64,000 nucleotides of DNA from Candidatus Poriferihabitaceae bacterium. GTDB lineage: Bacteria; Pseudomonadota; Gammaproteobacteria; Arenicellales; Poriferihabitantaceae. This document shows positions 10,762-21,331 of the stretch, piece by piece. The notes under the pieces were generated by a model. It saw nothing but the letters and a program-made list of their open reading frames with translations. It did no database searches and had not been told where the DNA came from. Position 1 is the stretch's first letter, and each line of letters opens with the position of its first letter. Location of the stretch: positions 91,326-155,325 of the forward strand of contig OZ243962.1 of NCBI GenBank assembly GCA_965214625.1, in the 5' to 3' direction. Position numbers and translations under genes: made by a program.

Positions 10762-11631
10762 CTATTCGCTCACTCTTCGGCCCATGATTCCTGAGGGTCG
10801 GATAATCAACATCAATACCATCAGAAGCAGACCGGAAATCGTGGCAATGGTACCACTGAAATACGTCGTAATCAGAGTATGAAACAAAGCATAAAACACG
10901 GAGGCAATGACCGCACCGGACAGACTCCCTACCCCGCCCACAATGGTGACGATGAATGCAGTAATGATCACATTGTGCCCCATGTGTGGATTAATATTGG
11001 TTAATGGCGCCATTAGGGCTCCCGCCAATCCCGCCATCGCAGCGCCGACACCAATCGCAATCATTGAAATGCGGTTACTGTTGATGCCTTGCAGTTCGGC
11101 GGCTTCTCGATCCTGGGAGACAGCACGTAAAGACCAGCCCAGTTTTGATCGTGTCAGAAAGTACCAAAGCAGGATCAATGCGGCGACAGAAACGACAATA
11201 CTGAACACACGCTGGTTCGGTATGTGCAGAAAACCAAACAGGGTCATAGTTCCTTCAAAGGGAGGAGGCACTTGTTTCGATGGTCCATCTCCACCCACCA
11301 CAGTTGCGATTACCTGGAGGATGAACAAGGCGCCGATTGAACAAATCAGCCCACCCAGCGGTTCTCCACGCATCGGGCGAAACAGGAATCGTTCCATCAT
11401 CAGGCCGATCGCCGACACTAGGATGATGGCGATGACAACAGTCAGCAGGAACGGGACATTGTTTTGGGCATGCAGCAGCCAAACGGTATAGGCGCCGACC
11501 ATCACCAATTCACCGTGGGCAAAATTAACCACGCCCATTACCCCGAATATCAAGACGAGTCCGACCGCTGCCAGCGCGAAAAAACCGCTTTGAATAACGC
11601 CGTAAACGATGGACTGCAACAGCAGTTCCAA
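10762..11631 (-). CDS. HAAT/Liv-type ABC permease (LivH-like)
   Basis: GLVLIFGVMGVVNFAHGE, LRAVSQDREAAELQGIN; TTG start. Confidence 0.9.
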   Translation of the reverse strand: MELLLQSIVYGVIQSGFFALAAVGLVLIFGVMGVVNFAHGELVMVGAYTVWLLHAQNNVPFLLTVVIAIILVSAIGLMMERFLFRPMRGEPLGGLICSIGALFILQVIATVVGGDGPSKQVPPPFEGTMTLFGFLHIPNQRVFSIVVSVAALILLWYFLTRSKLGWSLRAVSQDREAAELQGINSNRISMIAIGVGAAMAGLAGALMAPLTNINPHMGHNVIITAFIVTIVGGVGSLSGAVIASVFYALFHTLITTYFSGTIATISGLLLMVLMLIIRPSGIMGRRVSE

Positions 11632-11649
11632 ATTATAGCCCCATGTTGC

Positions 11650-11677
11650 AGGGAGAGGGCGTTACACCCCCTCCCCT
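11650..11677 (-). other. Intercistronic hairpin between the SBP and permease genes
   Basis: GGGAGAGGG-CGTTACA-CCCCCTCCC imperfect stem; typical position for an SBP mRNA stabiliser. Confidence 0.5.
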
Positions 11678-11704
11678 TTCACAGACATCTTAAAAATAAT
11701 GTAT

Positions 11705-12985
11705 TCAGACCGTGCGTAGTCCCAGTGCCTTCATGTGCTTGATCAATACATCCTTATTTTGCGCAAGCCAACCGGCAACATCACCAAATTCCTGAATACG
11801 CGCTTTGCCGTCGACGATTCTGACCACTGGCCAACGCCCCACCAGTGCATTGTCAAGCCCCCATAACTGACTGCCCCACCAGTCACCACCGCCGAACACG
11901 AAATCCTGTTTCTGCCCGAGCATGGTTGCAGCGACAGCCTCGGTTTCAACGCTACCCGCAGCCTTCGCCGCTTCGATCCAGTTAAGCAGGATGGCGGGAT
12001 ATTCCCAAGCAACGGCAGACCAGTCGTTCGGATGATCTTTTCTGAATGCGGCATCAAAGCCGGCTGGATCCGGGAAGTTGATCCCTTCTTCCTGTAATTT
12101 GGGATCATCAAAATCCGGAAACTGGTAGATGGTGCCGTTAACAAATTCCTCACTTGTTTTGGCGATAATTTCTTCGTAGTAATCCAGTGTGCAGGAAATA
12201 ATCAATCCCTCATAGCCTTGGTGGAACAACTGCTCCATGATCGGCGTCACATAAAAGCTAGTAGCCATACAGATGATATCCGGCTTTTTGGCAAGCAGGG
12301 AACCGACAACAGGCGCAAAATCGCTGATATCAAATCCGTGCAGGTTGGTATCGATCACCTCGATACCGGCAACTTCAAAAGCAGCACTGTAGGTCGCGGC
12401 GGATTGCAAACCATATTCGACATCATTGTTGGTAATGATTGCGGCAGTCTTCGCCTCAGGATAGTTTTTCGCCAACCATTCAACCCCAGTCACGTTATAT
12501 AGCGGATGGGATTCACACGTCGCCACCAGATACTTGGAATCCGGGGTAATATCACTCGGCAAAAGCGTTGTGGTCAGCACTTTTTTGCGCGTTGCCCACG
12601 GCAACACAGCTGCGACAGTGGAGCCGCCCAGCATCATAACCATTTTCGCATCATCTTCATTGACCAGTTTCTTGAACCCCTGTACTGCCTTTTCGGTATC
12701 GTAGCCATGATCATAGGCAGCAATGTTGATATTCCAAGTCTCGTCACCAATGGTAACCCCACCCGATGAATTGATATTGTTGGCAATAATTTCGCAGCCA
12801 TACAGCCCTGGCAACCCCCACGGCGCGTAATCACCCGTCATTGGTATATTCATGCCCACAGTCAATGTCTTATTGTTCGCAAAAGCACGAACAGGCAAAA
12901 GACTTGCGGTTGTTACAGTGGCAGCACCCGCTATGGCATGCTTGAGAAACCGTCGACGGTTGGGGTGTTGTATTTCAGTTGTCAT
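11705..12985 (-). CDS. HAAT/Liv-type substrate-binding protein with Tat signal peptide
   Basis: NRRRFLK twin-arginine motif and AFA cleavage; GMNIPMTGDYAPWG, periplasmic binding protein type 1 pattern. Confidence 0.88.
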   Translation of the reverse strand: MTTEIQHPNRRRFLKHAIAGAATVTTASLLPVRAFANNKTLTVGMNIPMTGDYAPWGLPGLYGCEIIANNINSSGGVTIGDETWNINIAAYDHGYDTEKAVQGFKKLVNEDDAKMVMMLGGSTVAAVLPWATRKKVLTTTLLPSDITPDSKYLVATCESHPLYNVTGVEWLAKNYPEAKTAAIITNNDVEYGLQSAATYSAAFEVAGIEVIDTNLHGFDISDFAPVVGSLLAKKPDIICMATSFYVTPIMEQLFHQGYEGLIISCTLDYYEEIIAKTSEEFVNGTIYQFPDFDDPKLQEEGINFPDPAGFDAAFRKDHPNDWSAVAWEYPAILLNWIEAAKAAGSVETEAVAATMLGQKQDFVFGGGDWWGSQLWGLDNALVGRWPVVRIVDGKARIQEFGDVAGWLAQNKDVLIKHMKALGLRTV

Positions 12986-13537
12986 TGTCTAGTTCCCTCA
13001 TCTAAATTTGTTGAACACTCATATCTACGACTAAAGACAGCTTCGGATCAATTATCCAGCCTGTCACAAAGCACAAGCCTCCTGTTGGTCGTTGCCATCC
13101 TTAATCTCTCACTTTAATAATACGCTACAGGTATTCACAAGTCCATGATCTTGTAACGGTTTGGAACTACGGTCCCATTTGCTTCCGACCTGATAGAAAC
13201 AAAAAGAATCGGTTGTTGAAACTGTGCAAATCCGGTTCCACCGGCTATTCGTTACCTTGAAATTTCCGGTGTTCCTCTCTTTGTTCATTGGATAAGGCAG
13301 ATAGATGCTTGATACACTTTTATTTGAATCGAAGAGGCATATTCTGCAATCTACGGGCAGTGCGGTAACGCTCTTATTTTTGTTATGCGATTAGGCATAC
13401 CACCGGCTGAACTTCTTGAGACAAAGTATTGATGGCTAAGCACGGAAATTCCCAATCCCATCACTGATTAGTTTACACATCTCTCCGTAGTGTCATAGAC
13501 AGCATAATCGAGTGATTTTTACAATTGCCGATGACTA

Positions 13538-14683
13538 TTAGCTACGCATTGCATTCGAGTAAGCCTCTAGTACCAATCCATGGAAATGATGCACGGCGTG
13601 TTCCGATTTTCCTGACCCGGCCGGATCATAAATGATTCTGCCTTGTTCAAATGCAGTTGTGCTCATGCCACGTTGGACATGTTCAACAATCCAGATATCC
13701 TCAGCCTGTAGGACATTGTCGAGATAATCGATTGCCTCTTTTTCGGCTTCAGTTGGAATCGATGTTTCAAAAAAGAAATCGTAGGTTTCGAGACAATATC
13801 CGGGAGAAACAGGAATAATCTGCATCACGATAAGATTACCGCGACCCGGATAGCGCATTAAACAGGTATTCGGCCACAACCACCAAACCGCATGATCCCT
13901 GACAGAAGCCTGATCAACCGTATAGGCGGAGTTGTCACCCTTGCCTGCTTCCGCCATGTGACTGGAATAAATACCATGCGTTGTCACTTTGTAGGTATTC
14001 ATATCTACCAGCGTGCAAAAGTCCTTGTGTGCGATGGGGCAGTGGTAGCATTCAAGAAAATTGTCGACTACATTTTTCCAGTTGGCCTGAATCTGATAAT
14101 TCAACCTCTTGGCAAAGGTGAGCCGTTCAATATCTGGAACCCAGAAATCAATTTCATCGGCCAATGCGCCGCTTAGGCTTGCCAGTGAAGGGGCTTTTGG
14201 ATCAAGGTTGACAAAAACAAATCCACAAAACACTTCGACCTGAATCCTGTCCAGACAAATGGTTTTAGTATCAAAATCAATCAAATGCTCTGTCGCGGGT
14301 GCCACAATCAATTGTCCACCAAGATCATACGTCCATCCATGATAGGGGCACGTAATTCGGGATGTCTGGCCCGCATGATCATGTAGAAGCTTCATCGCCC
14401 GATGTTTGCAGACATTGAAAAATGCACCGAGCGTTTTATCCTTGTTTCTGATGATGCAAATCGGCTGCCCGGCAATATCAGCAGTGACAAAAGAACCGAC
14501 ATCACGAAGATTTTCGATATGGCATACCCATTGCCATGTCCGCTTTATAATTGTCTCCTGATCAACCGCGTGCCATTTTTCCTCAATATAGATTTCTGAT
14601 GACAAAGAGTGTGACCGGGCAGGATTGCTGTCGTACCCCCTGCAAACACGCTCAAGATCATGGCTATCAAGATTGCCTTTCAT
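13538..14683 (-). CDS. Rieske non-heme iron oxygenase alpha subunit, CntA/YeaW (quaternary amine monooxygenase)-like
   Basis: Rieske CKH…CPYH; NWKNVVDNFLECYHCPIAH with bridging Glu; C-terminal SEHAVHHFH as in CntA. Confidence 0.8.
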   Translation of the reverse strand: MKGNLDSHDLERVCRGYDSNPARSHSLSSEIYIEEKWHAVDQETIIKRTWQWVCHIENLRDVGSFVTADIAGQPICIIRNKDKTLGAFFNVCKHRAMKLLHDHAGQTSRITCPYHGWTYDLGGQLIVAPATEHLIDFDTKTICLDRIQVEVFCGFVFVNLDPKAPSLASLSGALADEIDFWVPDIERLTFAKRLNYQIQANWKNVVDNFLECYHCPIAHKDFCTLVDMNTYKVTTHGIYSSHMAEAGKGDNSAYTVDQASVRDHAVWWLWPNTCLMRYPGRGNLIVMQIIPVSPGYCLETYDFFFETSIPTEAEKEAIDYLDNVLQAEDIWIVEHVQRGMSTTAFEQGRIIYDPAGSGKSEHAVHHFHGLVLEAYSNAMRS

Positions 14684-14692
14684 GTGGTTACG

Positions 14693-16156
14693 CTATTGCA
14701 TATGTGAATCACTGACTGGAGTGAAATCAAACTCTTCGGAATTCAAGATTGCATCTCTACCACCTAATTTGCTGATCAATTTTTTCTGGTCATCGAATGC
14801 CTGTTGATTGACCACTTCTGGGTCTACCAAGTCACGTAGATGGCGATGACATTGCGCAACAACTTGCCTGTATTTCTGATGCTGTCCAAGATCAATCAAC
14901 TCGTCTCGATCATTCTCAAAATCGTACAGCTCAGGTGGATAACCAGGATAATAGTTATACTTCCATCTACTGTTTTTCATCATGAACATACCGGTGGGCG
15001 AGCCGCCATCATGATATTCGCTCAGAACCGGACGATCAAAACAAGACTCTGATGCCAGTTTCTGCAAGGCAAATCCCGGACGAGTTTGACTGTCTTCCTG
15101 TGCACCGACTGCAGAGAGTATGGTGGGACGGATATCGACCAGTGAGGCATTGGTCGCAATGGATTTGCCCTGTTCAAGACCCGGTCCGGAAATGATTAAC
15201 GGAATACCAGTTGATTCTTCAAATAGACTCATTTTGGTCCACATGTGACGGTCCCCATTATGGTCTCCATGATCACTGGTGTAAATAATCAGGGTGTTTT
15301 CAAGTTGACCACTGGATTCAAGCGCGTCCAGTACCTGGCCAATCTGATAATCCAGAAAACTGCAAAGTCCATAGTAGGATGCACGGGCAATTTGACGCGT
15401 TTTATCTGAAAAATACGCATCATAGTTAAAATTATTTTTCAATGTCTGGACAACCGGATGGGGGGCGCTTGGGGTTTCCAAGAGGAATCGAGCCCGATCC
15501 ATTTCTCCAATAGGATACATTTCATAAAATTCACTCGGACAGACAAGCGGATAATGAGGGCGAAGCCATGAAACAAATAATACCCAGGGTTTAACGGGGG
15601 ACTGAACTGACGTGTCTGGCCGATTGTTTTTCGCTTTACTTCGTAGCCAGTCGCAGGCCTGATGCGTGATATTCAAATCGAACTGTGTATAAGTATTCTC
15701 TCCAGGGCCGATCTGGCGGGCATAATCGGAACAATCAAGCACCGTTTCGTGGTCTCTGAGCAATCCCTTAATCCAGCCAGTCCCATTTCGGATATATACC
15801 GGGAGATGTTCCTGATCAAACCCATTGTTATACTGTTTTCCGCGATAATGCAATTTCCCAATCGATTCCACATTGATACCCTGGGACTGAAGCTGGTGTC
15901 CCCAACTTCGTGGCTGCCCCCCATAGGCCTGGGCATTAGACCAGCATCGGGTTTTGTGGACATATTCTCCGGTTGCCAACGAAGCTCGAGCAGGAACACA
16001 AATTGGGGATGTTGTGTAGGCGTTTTCGAACCGGATACCCCGTTCGGCCAGTTTGTCTAAGTTGGGGGTTTTAACCAATGGATGATCGTAGCAACCCAAT
16101 GCATCTCTGCGGTGTTCATCGCTGAACAGGAATAAAACATTGAGGGGCTTTGACAT
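14693..16156 (-). CDS. Formylglycine-dependent sulfatase (choline-sulfatase-like)
   Basis: FSDEHR, SPICVPARASLATG (CxPxR), IGKLH, SDHGD, SEYH. Confidence 0.88.
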   Translation of the reverse strand: MSKPLNVLFLFSDEHRRDALGCYDHPLVKTPNLDKLAERGIRFENAYTTSPICVPARASLATGEYVHKTRCWSNAQAYGGQPRSWGHQLQSQGINVESIGKLHYRGKQYNNGFDQEHLPVYIRNGTGWIKGLLRDHETVLDCSDYARQIGPGENTYTQFDLNITHQACDWLRSKAKNNRPDTSVQSPVKPWVLFVSWLRPHYPLVCPSEFYEMYPIGEMDRARFLLETPSAPHPVVQTLKNNFNYDAYFSDKTRQIARASYYGLCSFLDYQIGQVLDALESSGQLENTLIIYTSDHGDHNGDRHMWTKMSLFEESTGIPLIISGPGLEQGKSIATNASLVDIRPTILSAVGAQEDSQTRPGFALQKLASESCFDRPVLSEYHDGGSPTGMFMMKNSRWKYNYYPGYPPELYDFENDRDELIDLGQHQKYRQVVAQCHRHLRDLVDPEVVNQQAFDDQKKLISKLGGRDAILNSEEFDFTPVSDSHMQ

Positions 16157-16533
16157 TAAAGACAGATCACAGATCAATGCAACGCAGTATGGTCAACAGG
16201 CCGCATACTGTTATTCTGTACTTTCGCAACCAACTGGTCTTGGGTCACCGTTGCCTGATGTGGAAAAATGACAAGAAGTCATAAAGGTTGGGATTGATCA
16301 GCTTATCTTCCTTTTTGCGCGTTTGGCGACAAAAATCGGGCTGTCTGAAGCATGTTGATCACAGTATACTGTGCTGAAAAGTGAAGCTCGGCCTGGAATA
16401 TCATTGGCAAGGCAGGCTGTTAGTGTGACAATGTGAGTGGGTCAAATTGACAGATTCCATTATCCCTATAGATACAATCCCTGTCTAGTAAAAATCCGTT
16501 ATTTGCAGTTCACGATCAGGGAAATCAACTGGC

Positions 16534-16995
16534 ATGCCCAATCTACTTATTGTCTCAAACTGCCCTTCGCCAAACACGTTGGCGCTACAAAAAGCGGTTG
16601 TTTCAGGTTGCCAGCATAAAGCGGTTGAAAATCTCACTCTTCGTGTACAGGCACCTTTGGAAGCGACCCATCACGATGTGCTTTGGGCAGACGGCATCAT
16701 TATCGGTACAACAGAGAATTTTGGATACATGAGTGGGCAGATAAAGGACTTTTTTGAAAGAATTTATTATCCATGCCTGGAAAATAAAGAAGGATTGCCT
16801 GTGGCTTTATTTGTCAAGGGTGGGCTCGATGGTCAAGGTGCAAAAATGAGCGTGGAAAGGATATTGGTGGGGCTGAAATGGAAGCTGATACAGCCTCCCT
16901 TGATCTTGAAAGGCGACTTTAAGTCACAATTTCTGGATGATTGCAAGACACTGGGGACATTGATGGCTGTCGGTCTAGAAACAGGTATCTTCTAG
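16534..16995 (+). CDS. Flavodoxin-like / NAD(P)H-dependent FMN oxidoreductase
   Basis: SPNT, ADGIIIGTTENFGYMSGQIKDFFERIYYP, GGLDGQG. Confidence 0.85.
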   Translation: MPNLLIVSNCPSPNTLALQKAVVSGCQHKAVENLTLRVQAPLEATHHDVLWADGIIIGTTENFGYMSGQIKDFFERIYYPCLENKEGLPVALFVKGGLDGQGAKMSVERILVGLKWKLIQPPLILKGDFKSQFLDDCKTLGTLMAVGLETGIF

Positions 16996-17255
16996 TCTGT
17001 TGCCTCATCCAAGAGCAGCGTGCACAGAAAGCCCGTGCACTACGCCTTTTTCGAAGGCGCGGTATGTCTGTGGAATCCAACAAACAGGAAAGTTCTGCAA
17101 TTTGGTTTCCGCTCCAATATGAACGAATACTAAGTTGACGCCTGGAGCACGCAGCAGCTGTCACTCACAACGGACAACTCCATAACTTGATCACAGATCC
17201 GAACAGACGGGGCCCCTGTACATGTTACTTCCCGCCATACAATCATGACAGCCGT

Positions 17256-17489
17256 TCATTCCTCTTGGGACATCTGTTTTTCAAGCTCCTGCACTCTCAG
17301 TTCCAACAACTTTGTCCGCTCTCGGGTTCTTTCCAGGATTTTTTGCTGTATTTCGAATTGCTCCCGGGTCACGAGATCCATTTTTTCCAGATTGCTTCGT
17401 AAAACAGCTTCAATATTTTGTTTGACATCATCAGCAATTTCACCAGGAAGAGCAGAAGCAATTGCTTGTGTTAATTTCTCTAGCATCAT
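17256..17489 (-). CDS. ubiK: Ubiquinone biosynthesis accessory factor UbiK (BMFP family)
   Basis: KMDLVTREQFEIQQKILERTRER coiled-coil signature; GGA RBS. Confidence 0.85.
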   Translation of the reverse strand: MMLEKLTQAIASALPGEIADDVKQNIEAVLRSNLEKMDLVTREQFEIQQKILERTRERTKLLELRVQELEKQMSQEE

Positions 17490-17511
17490 TATTTCCTGCA
17501 ATATTTCGTTG

Positions 17512-18783
17512 TCAATTGCCAGCGACATAAATGACATGGGCAGTGTTTTTCAATGCCTCCAGCCAATTCTGATACCGCGCGGTAGCCTTGCGCGTGTAGA
17601 TGGTCTGTCGGGCCTCTTCTCTTGCAACGTCCAAAGAGGGATCGTGCTCTCTTTGATCCAATACCTGGATAATATGGTATCCGAAGGGCGACAATATGGG
17701 TTCACTAAACTCGTTGATGCCCATCTGACTGATGGCTGTATTGATTTCATGCGTCATGTCGTCAGGATTGACCCAGCCAATCAGACCACCCTCGGCACTC
17801 GTTCGCACATCATCTGAATGCAACCGGGCCAGACTCTCGAAGTCAGCCCCATTTTTCAGTTGATCATACAAACCCCAAGCAAATGCTTCATTCTCCTGCT
17901 GTGTCCGTTGCTTCCTTTGTGGCTGAATCAGGATATGACGAATAAGGAACTGTAAAACCAATTCTCCTCCGCCCTTCTTATCATGGAGCTTCAAGAGATG
18001 AAAACCGTTTTCGCTTTGAATGATATCCGTTATCTGTCCGACAGGTGTCGCCCGCAGAGCCAACAAAAATATTTCTGGAAGTTGGGCCCGATTCCTCCAA
18101 CCAAGGTATCCTCCATCGTTTTTATTCGAATCAGAATAATCTTCGACAGCCTTGGCAAACGGGGCACCTTCGACAAGTTTTGCATGTATAAATACCAGAT
18201 TGTCATAGTCAGACCGAATTTGTTCCTCATTCTTTTGTGCTGTCGATATCGCCAAATGCGAAATTTCATATGCCTCATCAGTATCCTGCAATCTTTCATG
18301 CGTTCTCAGATAATGTTCAATCTCCTGATCGCTGACCCTGACTTTAGAATAAACTGCCGTTTCTATTAATTGTTGAACCTGTACCTGACCCCGAAGATTT
18401 TCCCTGAATTGTTTCGCGGTTAATCCGTCTTTTTCCAACACTTGTTGCAGTTGATCAACAGTGAGATTGTTTCGGTCTGCAATATTCCGAACCGCTTGTT
18501 CGACCTGTTCATCTGTTATGGTAATGCCGAATTTTTCGGCTTCAATCAACTGAATGCGTTCATCAACCAACAGATCAAGTACCTCGGGGTCAATGGGACT
18601 CTCCGAGGAGACTTGCTTCAGATTGTTTTCCAGCGCTATCTGACGATATCGCGTGTCGTATTCGGAAAGCGTGATTGCCTTGTCATTGACGATAACCAAT
18701 ATTTTATCAATCGCTATCGTCTGGGCCAAACTGACGGTTGAAAGCGACAATGAGAGGATGAGAGATAGGATTAGTTGCAGCAA
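17512..18783 (-). CDS. surA: Periplasmic chaperone/PPIase SurA
   Basis: IDKILVIVND, two parvulin domains (GGYLGW, GFHLLKL; GGLIGW, FGYHII); downstream of lptD. Confidence 0.92.
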   Translation of the reverse strand: MLQLILSLILSLSLSTVSLAQTIAIDKILVIVNDKAITLSEYDTRYRQIALENNLKQVSSESPIDPEVLDLLVDERIQLIEAEKFGITITDEQVEQAVRNIADRNNLTVDQLQQVLEKDGLTAKQFRENLRGQVQVQQLIETAVYSKVRVSDQEIEHYLRTHERLQDTDEAYEISHLAISTAQKNEEQIRSDYDNLVFIHAKLVEGAPFAKAVEDYSDSNKNDGGYLGWRNRAQLPEIFLLALRATPVGQITDIIQSENGFHLLKLHDKKGGGELVLQFLIRHILIQPQRKQRTQQENEAFAWGLYDQLKNGADFESLARLHSDDVRTSAEGGLIGWVNPDDMTHEINTAISQMGINEFSEPILSPFGYHIIQVLDQREHDPSLDVAREEARQTIYTRKATARYQNWLEALKNTAHVIYVAGN

Positions 18784-18820
18784 CTTGTTTCACCCACTTC
18801 AGACGTTCGAGATTTGTAAT

Positions 18821-21253
18821 TTATAGTTGTGAGCCGATGCGACCAAGATCATCCAGTGAAAAGATCAGAATAAACCGGTTGTCATATATGCCGCTATCGT
18901 GCAAATAACGTTGTGTTTTCAGTTTGACCGCCCAACAGCAGCCATCATAAGCGATTCCTGCCCCTGTGGTGGTCATTTCGCTCTCTTCAATTGAATAACC
19001 GGCCTCCATTTCCAATTGCCATCTTGGTGCAACAGGCATTTGGGTGCCGAGATGAACAGCCTCTTTCTTCGATTGGGACTGATTAGCAAAATCTTCGTCC
19101 AATGTATATCGTATCGTAAAATTACGGCGTCGACTGTGATCATATTCAGCCGAAACCTCGAAAAAACCGATCTGTTTCTCTTGCTCGGACCAGCGGGTAA
19201 ATCCCTGGATATTCCAATCCGGATTGATATTGGCTCCCAGCTCAATGAGAAAATCAGATCGATCCGCGGTCTCTGTCGGAGCGATGGTGGTTAACCCGAC
19301 CTCCCGGTCCTCCAGAAAGAACACCTGCCCCAGTTTGATGTTGAATTTTTCCTCCCCGGAATCATCATCAATCAATCGGCTGGTCAGTCCAACTGAAATC
19401 TGATGGGTATCTCCAACGATATCGCCACCGAAATAGCGATTCTCTCTAAAATAGTGACTGAAACTGCTGCCACTGCCACCACCACTATCAAACTTCGGAA
19501 ACCGTTCTTGTTGGCTCCTCCCTGGAATATTGACATAGAAAAGACGCGGTTCCAATGTTTGCAGATAATTGATCTCGTTACGCGAGAACAGCCTTTCAAA
19601 GATCAGACCACTATCGACACTGGTGATCGGAACGGATACTGTGGGGGAATTGTCCATCCCAAGCGCAGTGTGATCGAGTGAATAACGGATGGATTGTACG
19701 GACACTTTTGGCGTGATATAGCCATACACTTCCTTCATGGGCAGTTGGAGATATGGTTTTACATTCAACCGTGTTCCAGTCACCTTGGTACGATCATCGT
19801 GTTCGAATCGGTTATACCGGGAGTTCAGTCCGGTTTCAAAAATGCCGACCTCCTGAGGTTTGATGTCCAAGGACAGTGACGGCAGTCTCTCATACGGATA
19901 ATCGCTTTGCGCTACTGATTCATTCACGGATTTGAAGGTGGATACCCCTGCCGTGAATTTCAGCAGTTGACTGTTGTAGTCCACGCCTGCTTTCTGCTGG
20001 ACATAACTGGACGCGACAACATCCACTTCATTGGAGAAATCATCGAAATAACGGCTATCCGACACGTCCTGATAATCAATCGCCGCCCCCCAGCGCTGAC
20101 CCAGATCATGACGATGTTTGTATCCGATGGCATAGCGATCATCCCCGTATACGTCGTCTGAAGGCAGTATTTCCGCTTTGATTTCCCCCTTACTCTGGTG
20201 AGTCAGGTAACGGTACTCACCATAAAGCTGGTTCCCCCGATGACTCAGGACGCGAGGAATAATGGTTGCATCATGTTGAGGGCCAATGTTGATATAGTAC
20301 GGTATCTGAACAATATAGCCGGATTCCTTTTCATAACTGACGGAAGGGAACAAAAAACCGGTTTTTCGTTCGTCATTGATGGGAAAGGTGACTGTCGGAA
20401 AATAGAATATTGGAATCCCCTTGAATTTCACTTTCATCGATTTTGCCGTTCCTACACCGGCAGCATGATTAAGTTTGATCTCGCGGGAATGAATGACCAC
20501 ATCTTCGTTGCCCTTCGGGCAGGTCGACATGGTCGCCTGACTGAGTCGTGTCACATGCCTTCCCTCAAAAGTGACCTGTTCAGCAGTCGCCCTGGCCCGG
20601 ACAGCGGTTTCGTTCTTGTCCGGCTCGTCATCCCGTTGCAATTGGCGGTCAGATTCGAACACCGGCCTTCGTATCGGATCAAATAGGGAATAGCTTTCAA
20701 TAAATGATGTGTGAGCGCGGGTTACGTACTTCGGCGCATCATCCTCAAGTCGCATTTGCACCTTGGAAGCATCGCCAATAGTCGTCTCCACATCCAACTG
20801 CAATGAGTCAGCGGTCACCTCATCGCCATTCGGTGTATAGTATTTCACATTACCTTGAGCGGTAACTTCATAGGTTTGCCTGTCAAAAGAAATCTCATCA
20901 GCAAATAATCCTTGATTGCCCTGTACAACTTGGGCATGACCGGTAAGGAGAACGAGTTCGGTACCCTGCTCGACATCAATCTCATCGGCTTCCAGATTGA
21001 TCGGCAGTTCATCCTGGTTTTCAGCGGGACTTCTGCCCAGCACCAAAGGGGCATTGATCACGCCGGGTCGACAGAGACGGGCATCGGCAAATCCCATTTC
21101 ATTATCACCCAGTGTAATTGCTGATACGGTTGGAATCCCCAGCATGACCATCGAGATGACGGTCAAAACAAATAACAGCGGGTTCAGGTTCTTTACTGAC
21201 GTTGTGTTAATTGTGTTTCGCGTCATTCTGCCCTCGGCATGCATGATGGTCAT
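18821..21253 (-). CDS. lptD: LPS assembly protein LptD
   Basis: STCP, RKTGFLFP, PYYINI, QTLEPRLFY, YDGCCW; start uncertain. Confidence 0.93.
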   Translation of the reverse strand: MTIMHAEGRMTRNTINTTSVKNLNPLLFVLTVISMVMLGIPTVSAITLGDNEMGFADARLCRPGVINAPLVLGRSPAENQDELPINLEADEIDVEQGTELVLLTGHAQVVQGNQGLFADEISFDRQTYEVTAQGNVKYYTPNGDEVTADSLQLDVETTIGDASKVQMRLEDDAPKYVTRAHTSFIESYSLFDPIRRPVFESDRQLQRDDEPDKNETAVRARATAEQVTFEGRHVTRLSQATMSTCPKGNEDVVIHSREIKLNHAAGVGTAKSMKVKFKGIPIFYFPTVTFPINDERKTGFLFPSVSYEKESGYIVQIPYYINIGPQHDATIIPRVLSHRGNQLYGEYRYLTHQSKGEIKAEILPSDDVYGDDRYAIGYKHRHDLGQRWGAAIDYQDVSDSRYFDDFSNEVDVVASSYVQQKAGVDYNSQLLKFTAGVSTFKSVNESVAQSDYPYERLPSLSLDIKPQEVGIFETGLNSRYNRFEHDDRTKVTGTRLNVKPYLQLPMKEVYGYITPKVSVQSIRYSLDHTALGMDNSPTVSVPITSVDSGLIFERLFSRNEINYLQTLEPRLFYVNIPGRSQQERFPKFDSGGGSGSSFSHYFRENRYFGGDIVGDTHQISVGLTSRLIDDDSGEEKFNIKLGQVFFLEDREVGLTTIAPTETADRSDFLIELGANINPDWNIQGFTRWSEQEKQIGFFEVSAEYDHSRRRNFTIRYTLDEDFANQSQSKKEAVHLGTQMPVAPRWQLEMEAGYSIEESEMTTTGAGIAYDGCCWAVKLKTQRYLHDSGIYDNRFILIFSLDDLGRIGSQL

Positions 21254-21331
21254 ACAGAATTATAGAATGTTGTCCATTTATAATCCATGACCAAATATAA
21301 TTACCGTCATGAGCATAGACAGCCAGTATAA

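Noticed and set aside
12986-13537. Possible riboswitch in the long leader of the SBP gene
   Set aside because: No recognisable guanidine, glycine, cobalamin or TPP motifs by eye; an Rfam scan would settle it
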